From positions 57,908,001-57,972,000 of the forward strand of contig OZ024747.1 in NCBI GenBank assembly GCA_964016885.1: a DNA stretch of 64,000 nt. The letters run 5' to 3'. This document shows, in pieces, positions 12,763 to 26,524 of this stretch (position 1 is its first letter; every line of letters starts with the position of its first letter). A program made the position numbers and the translations under genes. Origin of the DNA: Eledone cirrhosa. Lineage: Eukaryota. The notes beneath the pieces were generated by a model, which saw nothing but the letters and a program-made list of their open reading frames with translations, did not search any database and had not been told where the DNA came from.

Positions 12763-14233
12763 CATACATGTATATATATATATGCATATATACATGTATA
12801 TATATATATTTATATATATATATATATATATGTGTGTGTATGTGTGTATATAAATATAAATGTATATAAATATATATATATATATATATGTATGTTTGTA
12901 TTAATGTATGTATGTATGTGCGTATCTGTGTAAGCTATAAAACCGAACTCATGAAACCGTTTCCACGGAAATACTCTTCTAATATTAATTAATCAGATTC
13001 CTAGCCAATAATTCTAACTTTTATTGCTAGAAAATCCCATTCTTTGTTGGAACAAATCAATTTATTCATGAATTATATTTAAATCATATATAACATTTTC
13101 AACGTTTATGATTACTGTCGGAATCGGGAGAGTTATATCTGAATAGTCGCCTATAATTTTAATTGATAGAAATGTTTTCTTAAATATAATAATTACTATT
13201 TTGTAGACAGGATATAGCTGTAAATTACAGTCTATATTGCAAAACTTCGTTTTTGTAATCTTACAGGAATGTGTAGCGATAAACTGATTCAAAATGAAAT
13301 AACATTCCATAAATCCAAGTTTGCTTGATTGTAGTAATTTGCTTAAATGCACATAACATTTTCGTTAACAACTTAATGACTGTTGCACATTCATATAATA
13401 AAATTCATCGTGTTAATAAGTCAATGACACCCGTTATTAACTCACATAGCATACATTTATGGAAATACATATTTCCGTTCGTATTCATCGTAGCTAGACT
13501 TACGTGAATAATTCAAGTAATATATTTGTCACTTTAATTTAACTATGTGATTGACTTATAGAAATACACTAAAGGAGATTAATATAATGGAAATGTATTG
13601 AATATTATTCCTGCAATCTGTACAATTGCTTTTCATTTCCCGCCTGTAAAGTTCAATATTGATTAACTATATATATATATATGATTTGATACTGCTGGCG
13701 TTTTGCAATGCACGGTGGTAGGTAATTTTTCATTGAAATGAAAAGCTTGTAAAACTATTGGAACATTATTTTCAGAATTATAGAAAATGGTAATAAATAA
13801 ACATGTTATAAGCCTTAGATGAATTGGGTAACACAGATATTAATTAATTCACAGTTCTGTCTGCTACGTTTGATATCCACTACAAAACAATCCTAATCCA
13901 TCAATTATAAGAAGTTTACAGATGTCAGGAAGATGGTAATATGAATGTGCAATAGGTTAATATTTCAATATTCGACTGTTAATGAAATGATGGAAATAAG
14001 GCGGAAACATATTCTTGTTTCATTAAATCTTTTAAGTACTTGCGTGTGGTGAATTGATATTATAAGTGAGATTTTCGTTTACTCTTAACTTTCAATTATT
14101 TTCTCTGAATGTATATAAAAGATAGTGTAGTATACTTGTTAAAATATCTCATCTTCCCGTCTTCTATTTAAACAAAAACACATTCGCTTGTTTATTTGTG
14201 GAAATTAAGGTGTATGTATTCTCTCTTTATACA

Positions 14234-14536
14234 CAGGGCTGGAGTTAGACCTTGGTGTGCCAGGGGCACTTCATGTTTGGGGGCCCCCTCATACACAAAG
14301 AATTAGATTATACCCACTCGTCATTTTACATATCAAAGTTAGCTTGGTGCAACTAATTGGAATTGAAAAGTTATACATACAGGTATTAAATAAAAGAATT
14401 CTAACCATCCTGAAACTAAAAAGCGCAGCTGAGGGCACAAATAAGTTGCTACGGCCGTCGCTGGTGGATTCCTCCATTACAAAGGACCCGGGGCAATATC
14501 TTACTTTGTCCCCCTATCCCATTAAATTCGACCTAG
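14234..14536. mobile_element. Possible old hAT-like MITE
   Basis: Imperfect termini cagggctggagtta / taaattcgacctag and GC-rich ggggccccc motifs; no clear TSD. Confidence 0.3.
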
Positions 14537-15147
14537 TTTGTACATATATGATATGTATAGTGTAATCTATGAACGCTACTGTGGAATGTAAACAACGTAT
14601 ATCATAATATGTTAGTATATTATGTATTCTGTAGACTACTTTATAGAAAGTAGAGATGGTATTTTATAGAATGTTTGGACCATATATCGAATAACGGAAG
14701 GATATGTCAGTAAATATATTGAATTTACTTAACATATTTACTCAGTATATTCTGGATACTTTAAACTGAACTTAATAGATATACGCGTATCTATTAAAGA
14801 AACAGTCACAACAGTAATAAACATGAATCTATTTCCTATTTAATCAAGCTAATATAAGATATTCTGTAATCGATTTAATCTAAGTACTGTTTCTGTTATT
14901 TCATCACCGACAGCACTCTGGGGGTTATAATTTGGTCACACATTTAATCTCTGAAATTGTTCCCGGCACATGATTTCAATGTTGCCATACCAGTTACTAT
15001 AATTCACCCCACACTCTTCGTTGCATAAGTACTATTGGTTTCTAGATTGTGTAAATTTAGAAGAAATGCTATACGTATTTATGTCAACACCGGTAATTTT
15101 GTGGCATTATAATTTATCCCGTCGGTTGAACTCCCACATGTTGGATC

Positions 15148-15352
15148 AAATAATGGTTTCTGATTTAGGCACAATGCCAACAATTTTGGAGGAGGAGGAA
15201 GTCATTTAAATTAACCCCAGTGCTTTACTAGTACTTTATTTTACCGACCCTGTATTGATGAAAGGCAAAACTATCATCGGTGGGATTTGAACTCACAACG
15301 TAAACTATATGTCACAAAGCATGTTGTCCGACGCTCTATCGATACTGCCAAA
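15148..15352 (-). mobile_element. Deu/Nin-like SINE, older copy
   Basis: Similar to 3091-3269. Confidence 0.8.
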
Positions 15353-15394
15353 CCTAATAATATCTTTATTGGTCACAAGGGCCAGTTTGATCAA

Positions 15395-15680
15395 ATAATT
15401 GTTTCTATTTTTGGCACAAGGCCAGAAATTATCCCAGTGCATTACTGGTGATTAATTATAACCCCCAGAGTGTTGTTGGTAAGGAAATAACAGGAACAGT
15501 ACTTAGATTAAACCGATTACAGAATATTTTATCCGCATAAGGATGAAACGCAAAGTTAACCTCTGTGGGATTTGAACTCAGACTGTAAAGGGCCATAACT
15601 CTATGCTGCAAAATGTAAAGGATACGAAACAAATACCACGGAACATTTTTTCTAATGTGTTCCCTAATGATTCTGCTCTC
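15395..15680 (-). mobile_element. Deu/Nin-like SINE interrupted by an inverted copy of local DNA
   Basis: SINE similarity on both sides of 15454-15531. Confidence 0.8.
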
Positions 15681-16154
15681 CTACGAACCTTTAGTAATAA
15701 TATATTTTTATAATATTAAACCAAAAATTATAAATACATAAATTTAACCAATTACAAACTATTAAATTAATTGGATCATCCTTTTAAACTTCTCTGATTT
15801 AATAACAAAAAAATATATTTGCTTTCATTCGCATGAAACTCCGTTGGTTTTTCCCGACATTTTATATTCTATATTCTTTACAATTTCCATGTATAGATTC
15901 GTAGAGTTCTATTGTTTTGTTTAGTTGAGATTTTTCAGATATTTTCAGTTGGCGTTGCAATACCTGATTGCAATAAAGTAAAACAAATATATTTAGTGTA
16001 GAAGAATTTGTTACGTGGAATCTCTCTGAGATGTGATTGGAATAAATAACCTCGATAGCAAATATATTAACGGTTGCTTAACACCTAGATATGGCGGCTA
16101 AAAAAGAAAATATCGATAAATGCATTTTCAAACATTGGTGTTGTTTTATCATGT

Positions 16155-16605
16155 TTCTCCTCCTCCTCCTCCTCCTCCACCAGCCCTTGCTTCCCCTCCT
16201 CTTGTTTCTTCTTCTTCTTCTCCTCCTCCCCCTCCTCCTGTTCCACCCCTCCTCCCCCATCTCCTCCTCCTTTCATTTCTTCTCCTTCATAGTGCCCCAT
16301 CAACAACAACAACTACCTACTACTACTTCTGCTCACTACTATTGTTACTGTTGTTGGTAATCATAATCATCACCATCATCATCTACATTATCCCCAACCA
16401 CCTTATATCCCACATTACTACCACCCCCATAATCATCATTATCCACGTCGTCTTTACCATTATCATTATCATCCTATTCACCATATCATCATCATCATCA
16501 TCATCATCATCATAATCATTCTGACCATTATCCTTATCATCCCCATATTCACCATCATCACCATATTCACCAGCACCACCATCATCATCATCATCATCAC
16601 CATCG
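16155..16605. repeat. Low-complexity trinucleotide tract (CCT/CTT/CAT)
   Basis: Directly visible. Confidence 0.9.
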
Positions 16606-17737
16606 ACACATTATGCATTGTAATCAATAATGAAATTCTGATTTTTTCTTCTTCTCCTTCTGATACTGCTGCGTTGAAAGAACGTGCTCAGAATATGGAT
16701 TAAACGAAAATTGGAATGAAATGAGTATTGCTGATTTTCTCCCCTGTAAGATATAACCTAAAAGACACACTGAAGAAATAGGAAAACAAACTATGATGTT
16801 CGCACATGTTAGAAATTTCACACAACCATTTTTATATATTTATGTTTTATTTCTGTTTCAAAGATTATTTTTGGTTAACTATCGCAAATGATTACCATTC
16901 ATTTTTCTTTAACTGATACATATATATGGTTTAAGAATACAAATATTTAACGAATAATAAATAACTGGTTTCTATCAGATCAATGACAATCTTCTCCTCC
17001 TTCTTCTTCTTCTTCTTCTTCTTCTTCTTCTTCTTCTTCTTCTTCTTCTTCTTCTACCAGGGAAGGCCTTGAGCATGCATTCAGACAATTTATGTATCTA
17101 CCTTTAATTTTAATCACCGCCAAAAAATTGTTTTATTTTCTCTGTGATCTTGCATATATCAAATTTCTGATATTACTTTACATTTAATGGTTTCAGTCAA
17201 AGACTTGCAACAATGTTAGGGATCAGCTTTGAAGGGTTTTAGTCAATTATATCATGCCATCCCTAAGCATTTAGTTGGGTACATATAGTTTATTCTTTAC
17301 TCCGAGCTTGCCTCCACATGCAAATGGGGCTAATCAGCCCATACGCATAAGCTTTAAAGCTATGTTTCCGACTTATTTGAGTTCCAGTATGAGGTGACGG
17401 AAAAAGAGTGCGTTACCTTGACAATGGCCACACAATTAGAAACAACTGTCGGTGATTCCCCCCGTCTACTGGAATTAGGTAGATGGAATCAGCCATCACA
17501 TTTAAAATTCATAGCTAAAGGCGTTCAAATGTTTATTCGCAAACATATGCTTAGCGAGGTACCAATTTGCCGATATGTCCCGACTCCATTGTGGAACCAG
17601 TGAGCTGTCACAAGGCGTGCATGACAAGTAGTGTTTAAAGTGATGTAGTAGCAGCTCGAACCTTAAACCTGGAAAAAAGATTTGACGTTACTTAAGTCAA
17701 CTAAAAGTGGCTTAAAATGAAACGTCTCAAAACTTTC

Positions 17738-17786
<49 letters not shown>

Positions 17787-17811
17787 CTCTCTCTCGTTCT
17801 CTCTCTCTCTC

Positions 17812-17856
<45 letters not shown>

Positions 17857-17897
17857 GTATATATATATATATAAATGTGGCTTAAAATGAAACGTCT

Positions 17898-17951
<54 letters not shown>

Positions 17952-18024
17952 GCTCTCTCTCTCTCGTTCTCTCTCTCTCTCTCTCTCTCTATGTGTATAT
18001 ATATATATATTTATATATATATAG

Positions 18025-18119
<95 letters not shown>

Positions 18120-18879
18120 TGTGTGTGTGTATATCATTAAAAACTACGAGCGGTAAATACAGGAAGCAAAAAATCTCGGAAGAGTCAAGCATATGGACAA
18201 TCCCCGCTCATCGTCCGTCTTCTAGGGTTCAATATAATTTCGGGTGCTACGTACTTACACACACACACACACACTCACACACACACACACATACACACAC
18301 ACACACATATACACACCCACACACACATATATATATAATATATATATATATAAGCGTGTGTGTATGTGTGGGGAGTGGAGTCTGTCTGTCAATATACAGG
18401 TCTGTGTAAATGTCCTAGATTTCAACGGTTTTACAAAAGAGGTAACCGTTAAAATAATTATTAAGCTTGAACAAATACTTCTTATGGTCAACTAAAATAA
18501 GACGCTGCCACAGAATCGCCTCTGTCACTGACTGAAACAAATAGAAAACAAAGAATATATACAATGCATCGTAAATATCTTGACTGAAACCCACTGGTAA
18601 GTTTGAAACCCGATGTCTAACACAAGATAACAGAACTATACGTTTGGCGTTTGCAGTTCTAGTGTGACGGCCATCAGTGGTGTCACTGTCACACGAATTC
18701 ATGACACCATACCTATCTGTTTGTTTAGTATGTACAACAATGAAAGCCGTATTAACTACCTAAGCCGTATAGTCTACTGACCTTTTGACAAGGGATATTT
18801 CGTAATATAATCTTTATTCTATCCACATCGTTCAGTTTTTCTAATCTTCTTAACGTACACACTCATACACCCGTGTGTG

Positions 18880-18903
18880 TGTACACATAGGCACACACAC
18901 AGG

Positions 18904-18944
<41 letters not shown>

Positions 18945-19364
18945 ATATATACATGTGTATATATGTACATATATATATATATGTATATATGTGTATGTGT
19001 ATATGTATGTATATATATATGCATGTGTGTATATATGTATGTATATAAATATATATATATATATATGTATGTGTATATATATAAATATATATATACATAT
19101 ATATATACATATATGTATATATATGAATATATGTGTATATATATATATATACATATATATATAAGTATATATACATATATATGTATATATGTATATTTAT
19201 ATATGCATATATATATATATATATACATATATATATACATATAAATATATGTAATATATATATACATATATATACATATATATATGCATATATATATATA
19301 CATATATATATATACATATATATATATACATATATATACATATATATACATATATATATATACA

Positions 19365-19455
<91 letters not shown>

Positions 19456-19510
19456 ATATATATGTATATATAAATATATATATACGTGTATATATGTATG
19501 CATATATGCG
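18880..19510. repeat. Compound TA/CA/CT microsatellite
   Basis: Directly visible. Confidence 0.95.
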
Positions 19511-20568
19511 TGTGTTTGTGTGTATGTGAGGTTTTTACTCTTTTGTTCGTGAATTGACAACATTCCACTAAATATACGAATTTGATAATAATGTATAGCA
19601 TAGCAGAGAACTCAGATTATTTGTCCACAGATTAAATACAGATTAAATATACACTAGTAGCTACAATCTCATTTATATATATATATATACAACCTTTACA
19701 GACTCAGGCTTTCGTTGATAGTTATACACAAAATAGAGACAAACGTACCTCCATATACATATATATTCAAATAGTACTAAATGGTAAACTCAGAGATACA
19801 TACATATATAGATTGATTGATTGATGTATAATAGTCTGAGATATAAATCCATATAAAGATGTATTTTCATATATGTGTGTCTGTGTGCGTGTGTGTGTGT
19901 GTGCGCGCGCGCGCACACACACACACACACACACATCTATATACGCTTGTATATAGATGCACACACAAACATAACATGTGTATATATATATATATATATA
20001 TACAATCTCCGTCCATATGTCCTCAACATCTGTTGGGTGACCTGGCCCTCGAAACTGGTACAAGTAAAACCAATTTAGGTATGACATGTCATAATAAATG
20101 AGGTGGAGTAAGTATAGAAATTCTATTTCTTCATTACATACAATCTCTAAATTAATCCATTAAACTTTTACATTCAGAGAATCGAAACTTTTTAAGGCCA
20201 TCGGCGCTATAGTCGAATACAAATACTTATTTCAATGACGTTGCTTTTAAGATGTTGGTACAACTATGCCATCATAAATGCAGGAATTACTGAGGTACAC
20301 CTTGCAGATACAATGCATCCCAGAATTGTTCATGTACATAACTCCGGTTAACGTCATTCCTCTAGTTATTCTGGGTCCTTCCACTTACGCAACAAACATG
20401 TAGAGGTCGGCGGTATCGGTAGAGAGAACCCGCTCTCCTATTGAAGCAAGCATGTTTAAAATGGATCTGTACCTATGCCATATAGGGAAGTGTTTATTCA
20501 AGAGTGCTAAGAATTTCTTACCGACATCAATTGTAACTCAAGTGAGAAAGGTGGACTAGACCAAATTA

Positions 20569-20670
20569 TTTTTTTCTTTTTCTTTTTCTTTTTCTTTTTC
20601 TTTTTCTTTTTCTTTTTCTTTTTCTTTTTCTTTTTCTTTTTCTTTTTCTTTTTCTTTTTCTTTTTCTTTC
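20569..20670. repeat. (TTTTTC)n hexanucleotide repeat
   Basis: Directly visible. Confidence 0.95.
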
Positions 20671-20924
20671 TACTGTCAGTGTGACGCTGGTGAAGTGAAG
20701 AAATACATTTTATTTTTAAGAAATTCCGTTGTTTGCTAACGTGGTTTTGTAGTACGGTGGCGCTCTGTCAAACATGGCATATTCAAGTGAAAACTATGTT
20801 CTTATGAATGTATTGATATTTTTTGTGGAATTAACTCTATACCGAAATCGGTGCCTGTTTTAACCTCTCCAAATGCAAGTCGGTGTTATTACGGTATGTC
20901 GAATCTATTTATCTATAAAACTGT

Positions 20925-21130
20925 TTATATTGTATTTTGTCTGAGGAAGGCATAGCATATTGTTAATATGATATCCCCGAAATATATATAATGAAATAAA
21001 TATGGTTTTATAAATATAGTTTCCATTTATTTAATATTGTAAATATACTCCAAATATTTGTCGAGTGCTTTTATATCAGTTATAAATATTTACTAGTTGT
21101 AACCCAACAATTTTAAATATAACTTTCCAT
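20925..21130 (+). mobile_element. Family B hammerhead element, copy 1 (5' boundary uncertain)
   Basis: Shares taatgaaataaatatggttttataaatatagtttccattt with 24180-24345 and 25680-25878; ends at a TA run. Confidence 0.8.
20937..20991 (+). ncRNA. Minimal hammerhead ribozyme motif
   Basis: ttg-t-CTGAGGA-aggcatagcatatt-gtt-aatatgatatcccc-GAAA-tata-TA-taa. Confidence 0.6.
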
Positions 21131-21157
21131 GTATATATGTATATATATATATATGGA

Positions 21158-21188
<31 letters not shown>

Positions 21189-21213
21189 GTATATATATAT
21201 ATATATGTATATC

Positions 21214-21744
21214 TATAAAAGTGGATGAATACTTCAACAGGTACTATGTACTTGTAGAAATATACAAGGTGTTTATAATATTTGTGGTTCAATGGTACTA
21301 ATTTGAGATACCAGAACAATATAAAGCGGTTATCAAACAATTCTTTAAATAAATTTTAAAAAAATTTAAATAATCACCTGTTCAATTGCTGTTACCGACG
21401 GTTTCATCATTCCGAAAGATTGGAAATCCAGAGAATTTCCAATGGAAAGAAATGAATCTTCAGACAGCTCATTTCCACACCATAAGGTTGCTAGCCCCAT
21501 AGTAAGTAAATATTTCGCTACCTGCCCAACGCATGCGGTCAAGCCGTTAAAATGACACACACGCAAAATCAGGTCGCAGATAATAGCTGTTTATTATAAA
21601 CATGTTGATATTGCCACTAAAACTAGCAGCATTATTCAACGTTTTGTTCTCTACATAAGGAGAAAAATTATAAAAGTGGATGAATACTTCAACAGGTACT
21701 ATGTACTTGTAGAAATATAGAAGGTGTTTATACTATTTGTGGTT
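21214..21744 (-). mobile_element. Partial-tandem hammerhead element (retrozyme-like, 455-bp unit)
   Basis: 76-bp direct repeat at 21214-21289 and 21669-21744; one HHR per unit; TA runs on both sides. Confidence 0.8.
21388..21468 (-). ncRNA. Type-I hammerhead ribozyme
   Basis: Minus strand: gctgt-CTGAAGA-t-tcatt...(ttggaaat/atttccaa)...aatga-t-GAAA-cc-gtc-gg-TA-acagc. Full core, GUA site. Confidence 0.8.
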
Positions 21745-21763
21745 ATAATACATTTATTTATAT

Positions 21764-21851
<88 letters not shown>

Positions 21852-21855
<4 letters not shown>

Positions 21856-21991
21856 CGAAAGCATGAAAGTAATGGTTCAATTAACACTTAACATTTAATA
21901 TTCTACCATACTATGTCATTCTAATACCATTATAAATTTTAAAGGGTTGTAAATAAAACGAGTAAATCAGACAAAGTTGTAATTCCTTTTA

Positions 21992-22051
<60 letters not shown>

Positions 22052-22370
22052 TAAAAGGAATTACAACTTTGTCTGATTTACTCGTTTTATTTACAACCCT
22101 TTAAAATTTATAATGGTATTAGAATGACATAGTATGGTAGAATATTAAATGTTAAGTGTTAATTGAACCATTACTTTCATGCTTTCGCAATCTTGAGGTT
22201 CATATTCTGTGGTGACAGTCAAGTTTGCAATGTTCAATTGTTCAATTAACATTTAACATTTAATATTCTACCATACTATTTCATTCTAATACCATTATAA
22301 ATTTTAAAGGATTGTAAATAAAACAAGTAAATCAGACAAAGTTGGAATTTCTTTTATTAATATAATCTTC
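21852..22370. repeat. Three-copy (+/-/+) inverted repeat around and beside a (TA)n tract
   Basis: 21852-21995 is the reverse complement of 22048-22191; a third, diverged copy lies at 22240-22363. Confidence 0.9.
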
Positions 22371-22391
22371 TATACACAATCATACACACAC

Positions 22392-22428
<37 letters not shown>

Positions 22429-22825
22429 ATTACAGTTTATAATATCGGTGTCATGTAGTGTGCACACACACACACATACACATACACACACACATATATA
22501 TACATATATATATATATATAATGTGATGTTAGCAAATAATACATTTAATTTTGTAATGTTTACCTACCAATATAATCAATCTGATCATACAGACAGTGAT
22601 TGGAAAATATATTCCAAGATATATATCGATATATTTTTCACCAATGGAATTTTTATTTTACATGAATGCTAAATAACATCATGACATGTAAATATTTATC
22701 TTTTTTTGAGACATGGCTACTAATTTGTTTCTCATCGGCATAAGGCCAATATGTGTAAGAAGATGCCATATGATAGCAAGTTAACGCTTTAGTATAATTC
22801 TCAATGCTATGCAATGTATGTTAAG

Positions 22826-22955
22826 AGGGCGAATTGGCAGAATCGTTAGAACGTCTGATATAACGCTTTGAAATAATCGTGTCAGCTCTATACTCTTTGT
22901 GTTCAAATCTCACCAAATTCCGCTTCGCTTCTTACTTTTCAGCGGTCAACAAGTA
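22826..22955 (+). mobile_element. Old tRNA-derived SINE fragment
   Basis: A-box tggcagaatcgtt, B-box gtgttcaaatct, decayed Deu/Nin-like body. Confidence 0.55.
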
Positions 22956-23046
22956 ATGTAAAAGGCCAATACTGTCATCGATTCTTCCTCTGTATTTCTT
23001 TATTATTTTCTCATCGTTCTTTCTCTCTCTCTCTCGCTTTCCCCCC

Positions 23047-23077
<31 letters not shown>

Positions 23078-23609
23078 GCTTTCTCACCCTCTCTATATAT
23101 CTCTCTATCAATCAATCCCCTTCTTCTCTGGACGAAATCGGCTCCAGTTTTCCAGAATTAAATGCCAGAGATTATTATTTCAACATTAATGATCGCGCCA
23201 TGTATTGCAAATGTAATGAGGGATTTATATATATTTCTGAATACAAACAAGTTTAGCCAGGCTTTGAAGCTAAACAGATTGGTTATAATCTAGAATTCAT
23301 GTCATTTCTGTACAAATGTACTGGATTGTAAAAATATTCTTAGATATAATATAGTTTTCACAGAATTATACTTTTCTCCACAGTAGTTCAAAGAGTAGAA
23401 CATTAAGTAAATGGCTTCGATCCCCTTCAATCGAAAACATACGTTAGAGATTCAGACTACACCAGCAAATCACGGCTCTCAGTTATCGTCGGAGGGAGCA
23501 AAATGTTGATACAACTAGTTGAGAGAAAAAAAATGTGTAAAATCCCGCCAAGCGGTTTCGACCTGTGCATATGTATAAATATATACACACACACTTACAC
23601 ACACACACA

Positions 23610-23688
<79 letters not shown>

Positions 23689-23708
23689 TCACACATATAT
23701 ATATATAT

Positions 23709-24000
23709 ATTGTTATATTTGGGGATGGTGATATTGTTATAATATTGCCAGAAATAATAAAAAATACCCTCTCTTTGATTTGGATTGGTTTTCGCTTCTT
23801 TATATTTTATATCACTATAGTTAATTTAGCTGACAATCGATGTTTATTATTGATTGACTAACGGTTAAGCTTGTAGATATAAATATATATATATATACAG
23901 TCTATCAAAGTTCCTTCATCACACACCTGTGACATCATCAGTGGTACTATTATGATTCTTCCCGTGGTATTGTAATGCCTACGACATTTTTAATTTTATT
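23709..24000 (-). mobile_element. Family A hammerhead element, copy 3
   Basis: Homologous to 1848-2140. HHR at 23904-23945 (acca-CTGATGA-tgtcaca-ggtg-tgtgat-GAAG-gaac-TT-tgat). Confidence 0.7.
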
Positions 24001-24013
24001 ATATGCATATATA

Positions 24014-24065
<52 letters not shown>

Positions 24066-24068
<3 letters not shown>

Positions 24069-24341
24069 GATATTAAAAAATGGAAACTATACTTATAAAA
24101 CCATATTTATTTCATTATACATATTTCAAGGACACCAAGTTAAATTATGGTGTGCTTTCATCAGATAAAATATAAAATTTAACTTGGTTTCCTTGAAATA
24201 TGTATAATGAAATAAATATGGTTTTATAAATATAGTTTCCATTTGTTAATATCGTAGTTTTACTCCAATTATTTGTTGAGTGCTTTATATCAGTTATAAA
24301 AATATTTGCTAGTTGTATCCCAACAATTTAAATAGAACTTC

Positions 24342-24345
<4 letters not shown>
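24066..24345. mobile_element. Family B hammerhead fold-back, copy 2
   Basis: Arms at about 24066-24146 and 24177-24256 plus an about 88-nt tail; TA runs on both sides. Confidence 0.85.
24115..24168 (-). ncRNA. Minimal hammerhead ribozyme motif
   Basis: Minus strand: tta-t-CTGATGA-aagcacacca-taatttaact-tggtgtcctt-GAAA-tatg-TA-taa. Stem II pairs at 9 of 10 positions. Confidence 0.7.
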
Positions 24346-24401
<56 letters not shown>

Positions 24402-25569
24402 GTTTGTATGTATGGATCAAGGCATTGCAATGCCATCATATCATTGATTTGCAGGCAAGGTAACATCTCCAACATTGTTTAACGCAAATATATTTCTGTA
24501 TAGATTTACACCGTACATTTGTCAAATATTTGTAATATGGCAAAGCAATTTACAAAATACCCCTGGGATATAGAGATAATTAAATACGTTTCTATTGAAC
24601 AGTAAACCAAACTAAAATTCTAATTTATAAATTGGTTTCTCATTGCTACGTTGTATTGCAATTTCCTTGATTACAACGCAAACAAACCACTATCTTATTA
24701 ATGCATGGATTCCTCTCTGAAACATTCACCGTTATGTGTCAGAATATTAATATTTACTGTCTTCCCCGTCTTCTCGTTCTCACTTACTTATTCAAATACT
24801 TCAATTATTGCAACAATGAATCGAGTTACTCAATATTCCAAGTCATTCCATCAAGTCAATGTTTCTTTGTTGAGTCTCCAATCTAAATATGTTCCGTCGA
24901 TCGGGTAGCAATATCAATTAATCGCATCAGATTGTTTCTATTAGATTACAGCCATACACATAAAGCAACGCAAGGAGCAAATACTAACCAATATGTCCAG
25001 GTGAAGAAATAAAGACAACGGTTTGATATATTCATCAATGTATTTAGACAGGAAAAAATAACTTTCCAGTGGCACTCAATTTTACTTCACTATATCCGAT
25101 CGATAAAATCGGTGTTCTATATGCAATATCCGGTTTAGATTTCCTAGTCATGAAAGTCTACATGTCATATAACCTAAATATATTTTTGAAAGAATGAAAC
25201 AACAAATGTGACATATCATTCCTTTTTACCAAAAGAATTCAGTAACTTATATGTACTTAAATATAGGTCTATATTGGATAGAATTTTCCAGTGCATTCCT
25301 CAGGGATTATTTTGCGTTGGTTCTCGGAATATCTACGTTCAGATCTATGTATTTGACGGTCCTATTTTCTTTTTTCCGTATATATATATATAACTACATT
25401 TGACTGCCGTTAACTAGATATTTTGCAGTTATATTTTATGAAGATGTGTATTACTATTATAACAAACACTATCATGTTCAGTCACAGAAATTACCGGGAA
25501 TATTCGTATCTATAAAGATTCACATACGCTACAAGTAAAATACTCTCGCTGTGAGACACATATTCGGGC

Positions 25570-25606
<37 letters not shown>

Positions 25607-25611
<5 letters not shown>

Positions 25612-25874
25612 ACAGAACTTAAAACGATAGGTTCTTTCTTGTTCTTGAATATGTCACTATCTATGAAACAACTCTTGTATTTTATCTGATGAGCGCGTAC
25701 CAAAAAAGATTTTGGTACCCTTGATATATATATAATAAAATAAATATGGTTTTATAAAGATAGTTTCCATTTATTAATATTATTGATATTATACTCCAGA
25801 GGAAATCCGGTAGGGTGTTTCGAATAAGTTATAAATAAATTTGTTGAATAACCGACAAATTAAATAACTCTTTG

Positions 25875-25878
<4 letters not shown>
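25607..25878 (+). mobile_element. Family B hammerhead element, copy 3
   Basis: tta-t-CTGATGA-gcgcgtaccaaaa..ttttggtaccctt-GATA-tata-TA-taa at 25682-25735 (GAAA changed to GATA); TA flanks. Confidence 0.7.
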
Positions 25879-25909
<31 letters not shown>

Positions 25910-26342
25910 ATTTCCTCGATCATATGTACTTTTATATGCTTATGAGTAGCACGTTCTACACGTATGTATATATGATTGGAGATATTTCCTCGTAGAAAGA
26001 GTAGCAATTATATTCTAAATTTGATACATGTTTCCATTTTTTGCCTTTCAAATTACTCTCAACACGCCACCTCTCTTCATTACTTTTATAACTGCCTTTT
26101 TTCCCTTTCTTTCTCCCTATTTCTTATATACCAACCCCATCTTTCGCTTCTCATAATATTCCCATTATTTATGTCCTCTTTACAAGGCCCTATTTTTGTG
26201 CCAGTCTACTCTCAATGAATTTCACTATCATACACTTTTCAGAGATGTACAAAATCTTTATCTCTACGATGTTTCTTTCGAATTAATGTTTTTCTTGATG
26301 TCAGCCCTTGTGGTAAATAAAGAAATCATTATTATTCTTATT

Positions 26343-26388
26343 CTACTACTACTACACTACTACTACTACCACCACCACCACCACCACC

Positions 26389-26419
<31 letters not shown>

Positions 26420-26423
26420 GTAC

Positions 26424-26457
<34 letters not shown>

Positions 26458-26476
26458 ACTAATAATAATAATGATG

Positions 26477-26523
<47 letters not shown>
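26343..26523. repeat. (CTA)n/(CCA)n/(TAA)n compound repeat
   Basis: Directly visible. Confidence 0.95.

Positions 26524-26524
<1 letters not shown>

Noticed and set aside
13250-13330. Splice-acceptor-like ttttgtaatcttacag followed by a short frame
   Set aside because: Expected by chance in AT-rich DNA; no partner exons
22170-22245. HHR remnant in the triple repeat (ttgc-GAAA on the minus strand)
   Set aside because: Core and UH site are not recoverable
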